Shown here: positions 16,085 to 27,510 of the stretch, piece after piece
Layout: every line of letters starts with the position of its first letter
Numbering within the stretch: position 1 is the stretch's first letter
Origin: Octopus sinensis
Lineage: Eukaryota
DNA: 64,000 nt
Direction of reading: 5' to 3'
Assembly: GCF_006345805.1 (NCBI RefSeq)
Contig: NC_043001.1
Span: forward strand, 73,408,001-73,472,000
Program-made: the position numbers and the translations under genes
The notes under the pieces: model-generated
Databases searched by the model: none
What the model saw: only the letters and a program-made list of their open reading frames with translations
What the model was told of the DNA's origin: nothing

Positions 16085-17950
16085 CAGACTTAACAAAATT
16101 TCCAGACAAATATTTAACCGAAAATAAACCAGATCTGCATTTGTGGACATGGAGAAAACCTTTGACAAGGTCTCTACTCTCCCATCTGATGCTGCTGCAG
16201 AAGCTAGGGGTAGATGAATGGCTAGTGAGAGCTAGCAAAGCTATGTACAGGGTTGCTGTCAATAAGGTGAAAATCAGTAGTAATTGTAGCAATGAATTTA
16301 GTGTGCTGGTAGGAGTTCTCCAGGGTCCAGTTCTTGACCCCCTATTATTTATCAGTCCTCCAGGCTATAAATGAGTTTAACCCTTTCGTTACTATATTTC
16401 TGACCAAAATACACCCCTTATGTGTTTCAATTAATTTCTAACATAATCATAAATTTAGTCTGGTTTCATTAAACAACTATAACTTTTTTATTTATCAATA
16501 TATTAACGTGAATTTTGGAAGATAATTTAATGAAATGTTCTCAACCAATTCTATAATATAATTTTTGTCACAAAGTGACTCTAATTGCAGGTAGATACAG
16601 GTAAATTCAACAAAATATAAAATTATTAAAATTTTGTTCAAACATCACTATAGAAAATGGGTTATTAGCTAATATTCAATTGGGTATACAACAAAATTTT
16701 ACGATAGAATTTGTTATTCTGGGTAACTTTCTGATACCCATAATAATATTTATGGCAAAATAGTCTTAATTTCTATCCTTTCTTTCGCTTTGTTTACATT
16801 TAGCGTAACGGTTTGTTTCTGTCGTAATGATTTCAAACAGGCTCATTCGAAAAAGTAAAAAGAAATAGTCTAAGGCTTTACTCTTCTGGGAAAGTCTGTG
16901 GCTTGGTCCAGTTTCTTCAGAAAAATCACCGAAAGAAACAGTTTTTAAATTTTCACTCCATTCAGGTGCCAATTCATTTTCTTTATCGCTGTCGGAGCTC
17001 TCGGATTCACTGTTTTCACTTTCGGAAAATGAAACATCAGATTCATTATCAAATACCACATGCTTTTTTTTTCAGTCATAGAGTTAGATTTATGAAGGTC
17101 TTCAGTAGAAAATCCTTCGAATTCTGACTCGCTGCTTGATATAATGAAATTCGTATCCATTTTTTGTCAGAATTACAAATTTTGAAAACACAATAGGAAC
17201 AAATTTCGGAAAAAAATCTCCCAAAATTCACGGAATTAAAATTACACTTCGATTTTTGTACAAAACTGTAGTTGAACTGTTTATGAAGTATAATACGTAT
17301 TTTCACGAATGTACTAAAGAGATTTGCTCTGATATTCTCATTTAAATATGAATAGGTAAATTCAGGCGGCATTGGGCGGTTTGGTCACATTAACCAAAAT
17401 TTGTTTCGGGCGGTTTGGTAACGAAAGGGTTAATACTGGTTGCCTATAGGAGCTCTTTGATTCTGATGACCTTGTCCTTATAGCTAATTCCAAAGTATAA
17501 TTAGAAAAGAAATTACAGGAGTTAAAGTAAAACCTGGAATCAAAAGGCCTTAGAGTTAACTTAGCAATGGCCAAAATCCTACAAAGCAGTAAAGCAGACA
17601 AATTACTAATCCCTTTAAGGAAATGGCCCTGCTTGATATGTACAAAAGTTGTAGGTAGAAATTGCATATGGTGTACCTAATGTAAGCTTTCAACACCTAA
17701 GTGGTGCAATAGAATCACAAGAAGGTTAGCATAGAAAGTAGTTTTTGTGTATAGATGTGCAGGAACAATAAGCACTAAGACCACACAGGAAATAGTTTTC
17801 CTCAAATGCCCAGATTTTTTAGAGGTAGCTCATGGTTTGTTACCTAAGTGACCTAATTTGCAGTGGAGCAGGATGTTCCTGAAGTGTAGTCACTAGAATG
17901 AGAACCAGATGGAAAAGTCTTTCTATCAATAAGAGGCTTCTTTTTAACTA
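16085..17950 (+). mobile_element. RTE-clade LINE reverse-transcriptase remnant, split by a piggyBac insertion
   Basis: Left part ...KLGVDEWLVRA..AMY...GVLQGPVLDPLLFI; the right part resumes INEFN|TGCL*ELFDSDDLVLIA (degenerate YADD region). Confidence 0.85.
16381..17429 (-). mobile_element. Internally deleted piggyBac element (1049 bp)
   Basis: Perfect 12-bp TIRs CCCTTTCGTTAC / GTAACGAAAGGG, TTAA duplicated at 16377-16380 and 17430-17433; minus-strand ORF 17059-16766 with acidic N-terminus then F.EETGP...ALDYFFLLF...EIITTETNRYA, the piggyBac/PGBD transposase N-terminal motif. Confidence 0.92.
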
Positions 17951-18082
17951 TGAAACAAAGCTCCATCACTGGAATTTAAATAGCAAAAGTAATATTCATG
18001 TATGCATGTCTGAGTATGTATATAAATATATATGTATATATGTATTTATTAATATATGTATGTACAATTTATTTTCCTGTAA

Positions 18083-18187
<105 letters not shown>

Positions 18188-19391
18188 TAATAATAATCTT
18201 TCTTACTTTATTTACCATTTCTTCATAGTTCTGTAAATATGTTTCTAATGTGCATGCACTTGTGTGTGTGTACTCATGCATTACCTCTTACAGAGTTTTG
18301 TTTATATTTGTTCAAACAACAAAGCAGGTCACAAATTTTGGAAAGATTCAATGCTGTTTAATGGAGTGGATAATATATACAGTGGGTACCCATATACAAA
18401 TAGTTCTCTAAACTAATGGTATTTCAGAAGAAAATTAAACTCATAACATACTGAAATTTGGACAACAAATTACAAATAGACTATGCATGTATACTAGTGT
18501 TGGGAGAGCACATACAAATGGTGTACTAATTGAATAAATTGTTTGGTGAACAGTTTTCTGAAGAAAATTCTATTCAGCCAATGAACTGAAATTTGAACAA
18601 GAAACCATAAGTAAGCTCTACATGCATATAAATGGCTTGGAGAACATGTGCAAATGGTTCATTAATGTCCATGTATGCATTTCGTGCTGCTTGTAAATTT
18701 TTATATGTAGGAAACAATATTTTTCATATAGTTTGCTAAAAACATAATCACAGATCAACAGAAGTAAGACAAGCAAATATGCATGCATGCTTGCACGTGC
18801 ACATACACACACACACACAGACACATATCATCATCATTATTTAATGTCTGTTTTCCATGCTGGCATGGGTTAGATGGTTTGACAGGAACTGGTAAGGCCG
18901 GGGACCACACCAGTCTGCATTGCCTCTTCTGGTATGGTTTCTATAGCTTGATACCCTTCCTAACTTCACCCACTTTGCAAAGTGCTTTGTATATGGTACA
19001 ACACCAGTGCTTTTTACATGGCACCAGCACTGGTATCACTTCCGCTGTGATGAATGGGTCTTCCTTGAGAACTGCAAGGCACCAGATATCTTGGTCCTTT
19101 ATCATCTCAGTCGTCATTTCATGCCTTTATGTGGAAATTGTAGCTTGGAATGATGACTCCACTTTGTATGTATTTCATTTATTTATGTAACGAATATTTT
19201 GGTTAATGAACAGGGCTCTGCAATGGATTATGTTTGTTTATAGAGACCCCACTGTAATTGTTTCACTTGCTACCACAATGGGAGATCATTGGACTTTAAA
19301 GAAATACAGTCATTTCTCTATCTGAAACTAAACAGAAGAGAATCTGTCAAATGGTGAAAGTGAGTTTTTTTAGCAGAAGGCAATTATATAT

Positions 19392-19734
19392 TATGGAGAT
19401 GTATTTGCATAGCAAGTGACATGATCTGAGATTGTGTGCTGGAACAAAAACAATTGCAGCCTGGAAGGTGTTTATAAGCCATTTAAGAAACACACAAAAA
19501 CTGTTAGATTCACTTCAACATTTAAATTTAATTTGCCAAAATATTTTCACTGCATTGAGACCGCGACCTGTTCACTGACAAAATTCCATGCAGCATGGTA
19601 TTTTGTCAGTGAACAGGTCGCAGTCTCAAAGCGACGAAAATATTTTGGCAAATTAAATTTAAATGTTGAAGTGAATCTAATGGTTTTCGTGTGTTTCTTA
19701 AATGGCTTATAAACACTTTCCATGCTGCAATTGT
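19392..19734. mobile_element. Head-to-head inverted dimer of a ~200-bp non-coding element carrying a hammerhead-like fold
   Basis: Arms pair around ccatgc-a-gcatgg (centre 19591); left (-) arm full length, right (+) arm truncated; AATTATATAT flanks at 19382-19391 and 19735-19744. Confidence 0.85.
19602..19652 (+). ncRNA. Putative minimal type-I hammerhead ribozyme, G3-C8 variant
   Basis: UUUGUCA-[GUGAACA]-G-GUCGC(9-nt loop)GCGAC-GAA-AAUAUU-U-UGGCAAA; fold by eye, activity untested. Confidence 0.55.
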
Positions 19735-21594
19735 AATTATATATGTAATAGACAAAGAAAAAAGTGGGAAAGTTTGTAGCAGAATAAATGAAGTGAATAT
19801 TAAATTCTGGCAAATAACACTGTGTAACATGATTTTTGTCCTTAGGTAGTAACTATCATTTCCTATGTGCTTACTCCTAGTGAAGAATCCCTCTCAACAC
19901 ATAGCTCTGATTCTCCTTCACTTCTACTGCTCATGATCAGAGATGCACATATTGTCAGCCACTATATACACATATTGTAAGTGACATACTCAGTTGGCTA
20001 TGGTCAAGCAACTGACAAGTGAGTCTGTGGTATTGAGCAGAATATTTGTTGTAATGATATTTCTGCTTCAACAGCTCAGTGCTGAATCTGTTTGAAATGT
20101 AATGGGAAATATGTCAGTTTTGAAACATTCATGTCCAGGTCACAAAAGCAAAGTTTGAAGGGAATAGTAGTCATTTCCTTTGATTTCTAGATAGAAAAGA
20201 ACACTTACTGACCAAAGACAAGAAAAAAAAAATAATAATTTGGGTTCACAGTGTAATTGTGTTTTGTTTTCTAGATGAATAGTTTGTAAGTTTGTTTTCT
20301 TGTAATATCAGCTTTACAAAAGTCGTTATTTCTATAGTTCATGTGGTTTTTCTTATGTACTTGAAGTTAATATATTTATGAGTGTTATTAAAATATTAAT
20401 GCAGTATGTAATATTACAAGTGGTATACAGCATATGGAATTTGTAATCTCAGAAAAATGAATAATTGTGGATGATTATGATGGCTGATGTGTGTCATCGG
20501 TTTGACTTAGTAGTTATATTCAAGTAATGCTTCTCTTTTATTTGCATACTAATAAGTGAAACACTAATATTTAACAAAATTATTCATTCTTAAGTTTTGT
20601 GGTTAGTAGCAAAGTTTGTCTATATTCAGTTGTAGATAATAAATTGCAATTAAATTTCATTTACTTACGTGAATATTTACGTAAGTAAATGTCATATAAA
20701 ATGTATAATAAATGTTTATTTACATACAAATGATTCTTTAGTAATGTGAATATCTACATACAAAAGCTTTTTTTTAATAAATGTATTATTTTTTTGTCAA
20801 ATGCAATCAAATTAATACACATTATCAATTTGGTTATATTATAGGAATGAACTATTTATGTCTTAAGGTTTCTGTGTTGACATGCTAAGACTGAGTGCTT
20901 TTTGCTGAGTGTATTATTTGCAAGTATATTCTAATAAGTTTCAGTTGTGCTTAAGTTGCATAGTTTTACATTACCACAATACAATTGGCAATTGACAATG
21001 TACTCTTTCACAGGCTTTTTTTTTTTTTTAATTTCCCCAAATGTACAAGTACAAAGAAGTATCTTTAATACCTTCTTTATGTTGTGAGAGGTATGGGTGC
21101 TTTAATCGTAGTGGGTTTTGATCTGTATTGATGTTAGTCACACACAAATTTTAAATATATTGTATGTCTGAATTATGTATTTATATATTATATCCTTTGC
21201 TGGACATTTTAATTCTTTGAAGATAGTTTGTTTGGTCAGTGCATTTTCAGTGTGAGTTTGTCTAACTCATTGTTGGTTTGTTAGTTTTATAGCTATTGGA
21301 AGAAGCAAATTTGCTGGACAAAATTGGAAAGGGTTGAATATTTTGTAATATTTGTGTATTATATGAATGTTTGGTTATTACTTATTTTTTTCTTCATCTA
21401 TTATGTATACAATTGCTATAGGTGCAGACATGGTTGTATGGTAAGAAGCTTAGTTCCCAACTACATGGTTCTGGGTTAAGTCCCACTGCATGGCACCTTG
21501 GGCAAAAGTCTTTTACTATAGCCTCGGGCTGACCAAAGCCTTGTGAGTGGATTGGGTAGATGGAAACTGAAAGAAACCCATCATATATATATAT

Positions 21595-21865
21595 AGTGAG
21601 AATTTACAAAAAATCAAAAGACGAAGACAGGTGTGTAAAGAACAAACAGATGTATTAGTTTAACACTCAGGAAGTGAGTCTTTTACTTTTCGAGCCTACG
21701 CTCTTTGACAGAAAAGAGCACAGAAATAAACAAGGAGAGAAAATAGAAAACGGTTTAGTGGCTAGAGATCTATCGTGGCGAATGCCGGACAGAGGGGTCA
21801 CACAGGAGAGCTAGGAAGAAGGGGAGATAATAAAGTAGTGGTGATCCCAAAACGAAGGTGCGTGT
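21595..21865 (-). mobile_element. Probable Penelope-like element 3' tail fragment inserted at a (TA)n
   Basis: CpG-containing island with a degenerate hammerhead-like motif at 21680-21716 (-) and a pyrimidine-rich minus strand. Confidence 0.5.
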
Positions 21866-22338
21866 ATGTGTATAGATATAAGTATGTATGTACAATTTAT
21901 TGAAATGTTTATTTTACAACTCAAGTTTCATGCCACTGCAATTTTCTGATAAGCACTTTCACTTGATAATTACTGTGGCATGAAGTTGAATGTATTGAGC
22001 ACGCCTTTCTCATTTATTTGATACAATTTGGTATTTGTGTGTGTGTGTGTGTGTGTGTGCGCCATGTAAAAAACACTCAGTCCACTCTGTGGGGTGGTTG
22101 GTGTTAGGAAGAGCATCCAGCCATAAAAGCCATACCAAAACAGACATAGTAGCCTGGGATAGTCTTCTACCTGGGCGGCTCCTGTCAAACTGTCCAACCC
22201 ATGCCAGCATGGAAAGCAGATGTTAAACGATGATGATGATGATATGCATGAGTGTATACATATGTACTTTGTGTGTGTAATTATGCTTTGAAATTTTTTC
22301 ATTTACCATCAAACTAATGACTGTTTAATTATTTACAG

Positions 22339-22446
22339 GTTAGTTACGGTGAAAGAATTTGATAAGAAAGTGCCTCTTTATTCCATCCACTCTAACCCTG
22401 TTAATTCTTTTGAGTTCTGTGTTGGCGGTAAAGACTACTATCTCAG
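22339..22446 (+). CDS. DCAF8: DCAF8 exon (108 nt, phase 2/2)
   Basis: ttacag|G TTA...CTC AG|gtaatt; (K)LVTVKEFDKKVPLYSIHSNPVNSFEFCVGGKDYYL(R). Confidence 0.93.
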
Positions 22447-22573
22447 GTAATTCAAATATGGCAACCTTATTGTCTGTTATACGAAATATTATCTTTATGT
22501 TCACTGACTCCCTCCATGATATATTTATATATATTTATTTATATTATAGTTGAAATGTAGATGAAATATAAAG

Positions 22574-22774
22574 TACCATATTTTCCAGCATACTAGTCAA
22601 ATTTTTCAGACCAAAATTTATGGCCAAAAAGGTTTGGTCAACTTACACCTACACACCTTTGGAGGAACACAACTTCCTTGTGAAATGCAGCAGGATTTGG
22701 AAAGGTTGCGATGTGACAATAGTTGAATGTTTACATTATGCATTATGTTGACGTGTATGCAGGAAAATACAGTA
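22574..22774. mobile_element. ~200-bp MITE with TA ends (Tc1/pogo-type)
   Basis: 20-bp imperfect TIRs taccatattttccagcatac / gtatgcaggaaaatacagta. Confidence 0.65.
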
Positions 22775-23350
22775 TATTATAGTTGAAATACTTCAGCTAT
22801 GACTTGTAATAAAGTAGACTATATAGATATTTTTATTTCTTCAGTGAACATCAGTGCAATGGTCAACTAAACGACCACTTAGATCGCTATTGTGTACAGA
22901 TGACACTGAAATATTACCCTAATAGATTTTTCTTAGGCCAAGTTCTTTCCCTCCAATGAAATCATCTTTAGTGTGGTGTTATATATTCTTAGGTTGTTCA
23001 GTATGTGAGATAGGTTGCATATGTTGACCACACTAAAGTTTGAGTTTACAAATATTTTATTAACCTGCATTGATATATTTAGAAATATACATTCAATAAA
23101 TTAATGGATCAATATTCAGTGAACATAATGGTTAGAAATCTTCTATACACAACTTGCTGGATAATGTAATGAAAGTAGTGGAAGCAAACGTACAGGAGTT
23201 TAGGTTAAAGACAAATAGTCTAAAAAAATATTTAGAACTAATATAAGATATTTGTAAGATATCTTGTTTATTGGTTGGTAACAATGTGATTTACTATTAT
23301 ATTTCTATTAGTTTCTTTTATTCTAATTGTTCTTTTAAATTTGATTTTAG

Positions 23351-23378
23351 GATTTATGACAAACGGAAGATAGCTGAT
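23351..23378 (+). CDS. DCAF8: DCAF8 micro-exon (28 nt, phase 2/0)
   Basis: ttttag|G ATT TAT GAC AAA CGG AAG ATA GCT GAT|gtaagt; (R)IYDKRKIAD supplies the WD40 RIYDxR motif and the phase needed to join its neighbours. Confidence 0.9.
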
Positions 23379-23499
23379 GTAAGTGATTAAAAAATTTTTT
23401 TTCCATTTTCTTTTTTGGTAATGATAGCAATCATTTTGTTGTTTTAATGAAGGAAAAATTCTTGTAATAAAAATTTGGATCTCATTTGGAGAATATTTA

Positions 23500-24300
23500 G
23501 TTGTAAAGTCAAGTTTGTTTTTCTGACATTAACACTTAAATCCATGCCTGATTCTGTTAACTTTTGTAGTTGCATCTTGACAATTTACTACATCATTTTG
23601 GTTGTGGAATGTAAAGCTATTAAAAATGGCCTTGGCAAAAGACCCAGAGGCTTAGCTGCAATTTAGGTGATTGAGAGAATTTCAGTAGGTGACGTCTTTC
23701 AGCTGTTGGAGGCTATGTTCATCTGCTCATCTGATTTTAGTGACAGGATTCAAACTTTGGTTGTGTGAGAAATGCAGGAAGATATGTCTAAGACATACCC
23801 GAGATACTTAATTAGATGTCTCAGAAGGGTCATTTGCTGCCAGGATTATTCAGCAGAGAAGTTGCGAAGCTGCAGTCTGTTAGCTAACTCCAAGAGGTTT
23901 GGGGTGAAGTGTGTTGCATGGTAGTTGTGTGAGATGAATTTACTTTTTTAAAATGGGGGCAGATGCAGTGATGGCAAGATAAAGGTTAATTTTGTTTGGA
24001 GAGTTAGTGGTCACTTTAGAGATAGAAGCAGGTAATGAAGTTAACTGGTGCAGACTGTTCAGAATAGCAAAATAATTTGAGTTCTGCATCAGCAAGTGTT
24101 GGAGTGAAGAGTACTTGCATTTATTCAAGTCACTGAAATTGAGGACTTGAGAGAAAAGTGAGATGGATGTCCTCGATGCAGGATGAGAAATAGCTGTGAT
24201 GAGTGGAAGAGATGGCAGAAAAAAGTGTGTATGAGAGGTGAGTGGTTCCTACTTATCTGCAGACTCGTCACCTTTTAGAATAAAGTTGAAAGATAGTATA
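23500..24300 (-). mobile_element. Heavily decayed LINE AP-endonuclease remnant (CR1/L2/Jockey group)
   Basis: Minus-strand ...FSDLN...AILNSLHQLTSLPASI...NSPNKINLYL resembles the GDFN...LxQLVxxPT...NxLDLxL spacing. Confidence 0.35.
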
Positions 24301-24500
24301 ACCAGGACAGTAGAGAAGGATTAGAGAGAGAGAGTGTGTGAAAGGAATGTGTGATTTTGCATGTTTGTTTGAGTTTACAGCTGTTTGTGTTGAGAAGGGA
24401 GATTAATCTGTTAGTAATTTTTGGTGTCACTTAGCTGCCAAAGTTATGAGAAAAGGTTTATTTATTAGAGTTTAACATTTATCACCTTTATCTTTTGTAG

Positions 24501-24545
24501 TCTGTCAATGATGGAGTTCTAAAAAAGTTTTGTCCTCAGCATTTA
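24501..24545 (+). CDS. DCAF8: DCAF8 small exon (45 nt, phase 0/0)
   Basis: ttttgtag|TCT...TTA|gtaagt; SVNDGVLKKFCPQHL (cf. recalled DCAF8 NNGVLKKFCPHHL). Confidence 0.92.
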
Positions 24546-24759
24546 GTAAGTAAATAATTATTTCTTTGTATTTATTGTCTCTTGTACTGTATAATATCTT
24601 GTTTGTTGATTTGATATCCTGACTTGAATTTGAGAGAGAGCGTGGTATCCATCCTTCTAATTCAATGTCTCTCAAACTCCTAACTATCGCCCCTATTCCA
24701 CTTTTTCCCTTTTACTAGCACTCTTTCAACCACCTCTTGCTGTGATTCAACAAAATTAG

Positions 24760-24918
24760 CCCTTTAGCATTCAGCTTACTCTTTCAAATGTAATGCTTAT
24801 TGTTTTGAATTTACTGTGCATTATCTTGTTGCTTAGAGATTTCATTGATGTGATTGCTTATTTTTAAAATATAAACAGCGTGTGAGAGGTCAAATATGGC
24901 CAGTTTAAATGCTAAAAG
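24760..24918. mobile_element. TTAA-type MITE (CCCTTTAGCATTCA TIR family), same family as 48403-49080
   Basis: ccctttagcattcag...taaatgctaaaag-ttaa with shared internal gcattat...gagatttc...gatgtgatt. Confidence 0.7.
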
Positions 24919-26872
24919 TTAAATACACTCTAAAAAGTTGCTGTTGATAGGTTGATTGCCATTAAGGAACTACTTACTTACACTGAAGTCATGTCATCAA
25001 TATAATATGGGATGGCAAAACATTTTGCCCAGTAATATTGCCACATGATTTAATGAGCTGGCTGAATCATTAGCATACCAGGCAAAATGCTTATCTACAT
25101 TTTATGTTCTGAGTTCAAATTCCACCAAAGTTGACTTTGCTTTTCATCCCTTCAGAGATTGATTAAATAAGTACCAGTTGAACCATGGAGTCTATGTAAT
25201 TGACTTATCCCTTTCCTGAAATTGCTGGCCTTGTAGCAAAATTTGAAACCAATATTACCAGATGATTTGGTTTATGGAAAAAAAATTAATGTTTTAGAAA
25301 ATTAAGGCAACTTAAAGACATATATATTGCTCCTCTCTACCCCTATCCCATATTGCTCCTTTTTGTTACCAGTTTTCACCATTTTTACATCCACTTTACC
25401 ATGTCAATCCTCCTATCTCTCAAAAATGAAAAAGGAACCTTACAATGTTTAGTCTAACTGAAGACAGTCTTTCTTGTGTGTGCTCCCACAGGTAATGAGA
25501 TAAGGTCTCTAAAGACCAATTACTTTTGGTATATCGAAGTCTATGTCTATGTTGTTTGGTTCCATGTCAGTTGTGATCCAGTAAACTTTTGATTAAAGCT
25601 ATTCCAGCCATAATCATCCTGTTGTTAAAACAGAACTATATTATTCAATGTAGCTTTCCATTTTGTTAAGACATGAGTACACACGTGTGTGTGTGCGCGC
25701 CTTGTCTTGAAATCATGAAATGATTGTAAATACAAGTGATGTTGTTTGTTTCCAGTCTTCTGTGAAAAATATGCCTGGCCATGGGGGAAATATTACCTTG
25801 CCTGGAAACAGGAAGGACATCTGGTCATAGAAAACCTACTACAACACATTCTGTGTGGTCCATGTGAACACAGAAAAGTAGATGTTAAAATGATGACCAT
25901 AATGACAACCTAAACACTTCATTAAAATAACTTTGTCATTATTAAGGTGGTATTTAGAACATAAGATGGAATTTTGATGGAAGGTTTAACTTAGATTACT
26001 TTAAAAGTTTGTATCATAGAACTATGGGCAGTCTTAATGGGTTGGTATAAAAAAAGTTAAGTAATTTGAATAGAGAAGAGCCATGACTGGGTACTTAAGC
26101 AGTTTACTTTTCAACTATGTGTTTTCAGATATGATCCTACTGTGTAGCACTTTGGGCCAGTGGTTCCTATTGTAGTGTTGTGGATGAAATTTGGTCAATA
26201 GAACCTGTATTGATGCCTATTGAACAGATCATTTCTGTTTTGGGGTGGGATGCCTTTAACCAAGTTTACTCTGTTATAAGCTCTCAAACCAGGCCTCCAC
26301 TTTGAAGATAACTTCCTTTGACATTACAGAGGTTTTCCTCTAATGAAATCTTTCTTCATCATCATTTTACATCCACCTTTCATGCTAGCATGAGGTGGAT
26401 GAGTTTTCACGGCCCAAGACAGTCTTTATTTAGCTAGATAAGTCAGAGGACTGTGTCTTTCTTGTATGCCCTATTTTGGCTTTGCTTTTACAATTGGATA
26501 CCTCTCCTAACATCATCTACCTGACAGTGTGTATTGGTGTACAGTGTACATTTTAAGATAGCACCAACACTAGCAGTTTGTCATGTTTTCAACAAGAGTA
26601 AGGGGTCTTCCTGTTGCCATTCACTGTCGCCACTCATTCACCAACCATGTTACAGTGTACTGGGTACATTTTTATCATAATACTGACATTAGTGTAGTAT
26701 CCCACAAATACAAATTGCGGTAAATAAACTACGTGTATTTGAGTCAAATTATTTATTGTTCAACATTGACAAAAGAATTTGTTTTCTTCTTGAGATTTGG
26801 TCTATTCTCTGTAAATGTCCTAAGTTATGTCAAAGTTTTATATAAAAAATGTTTTGTTTTATTTGCTTACAG

Positions 26873-26930
26873 ATTGACAGTAGCATAAAAGCCAATGCTA
26901 CATGTGCCTGTTATAATTACAATGGAACTG
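26873..26930 (+). CDS. DCAF8: DCAF8 small exon (58 nt, phase 0/1)
   Basis: ttacag|ATT...ACT G|gtaaat; IDSSIKANATCACYNYNGT(E) (cf. recalled SKANITCLVYSHDGTE). Confidence 0.9.
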
Positions 26931-27510
26931 GTAAATATTATTATTGTTACTATTATTATTATTATTATTATTCGTCTGCAAATGAATAAGTATGACTGGG
27001 GATATTACTATGATGACAACAATAGCAGCAGTGAAGGAGAGGGGAAGATACAAAGGAAGCAGAGTTAGAGGGTGCATAGACAACAAATCCCAGAATGGTT
27101 TCTTCTAAAGAACAGGAGCAGGATGGACTAAGCAGAATCAGCTTAAATATATATGTGTATAAATATACAAATGCATTATGAAGGTTGCAGGCCGACAGAA
27201 TTATTAGCACTTTTAACCAAATGGTTGGTGGCATTTCTTCCAGTTCTTTACAACCTAGGTTCAAATTCCATCAAGGTTAATTTTGCATTAACTAGCCTCT
27301 TTCCACCAAAATTTCAAGCCTTATACCTATAGTAGAAAGATTCATCATCATCATCATCATGAGTGTGCTGGCTGCTTTTACATGGCACTGCAGGGGTGTT
27401 TTTACATGGGCACTTTTATGTAGCACCATCATGAGTGCTTTACAGAAGGATCAGTCTTAATACTTCTGTTGCAGCGTATGGGTCTTCTTGAGCACAGCAA
27501 AGTGCCAGGC

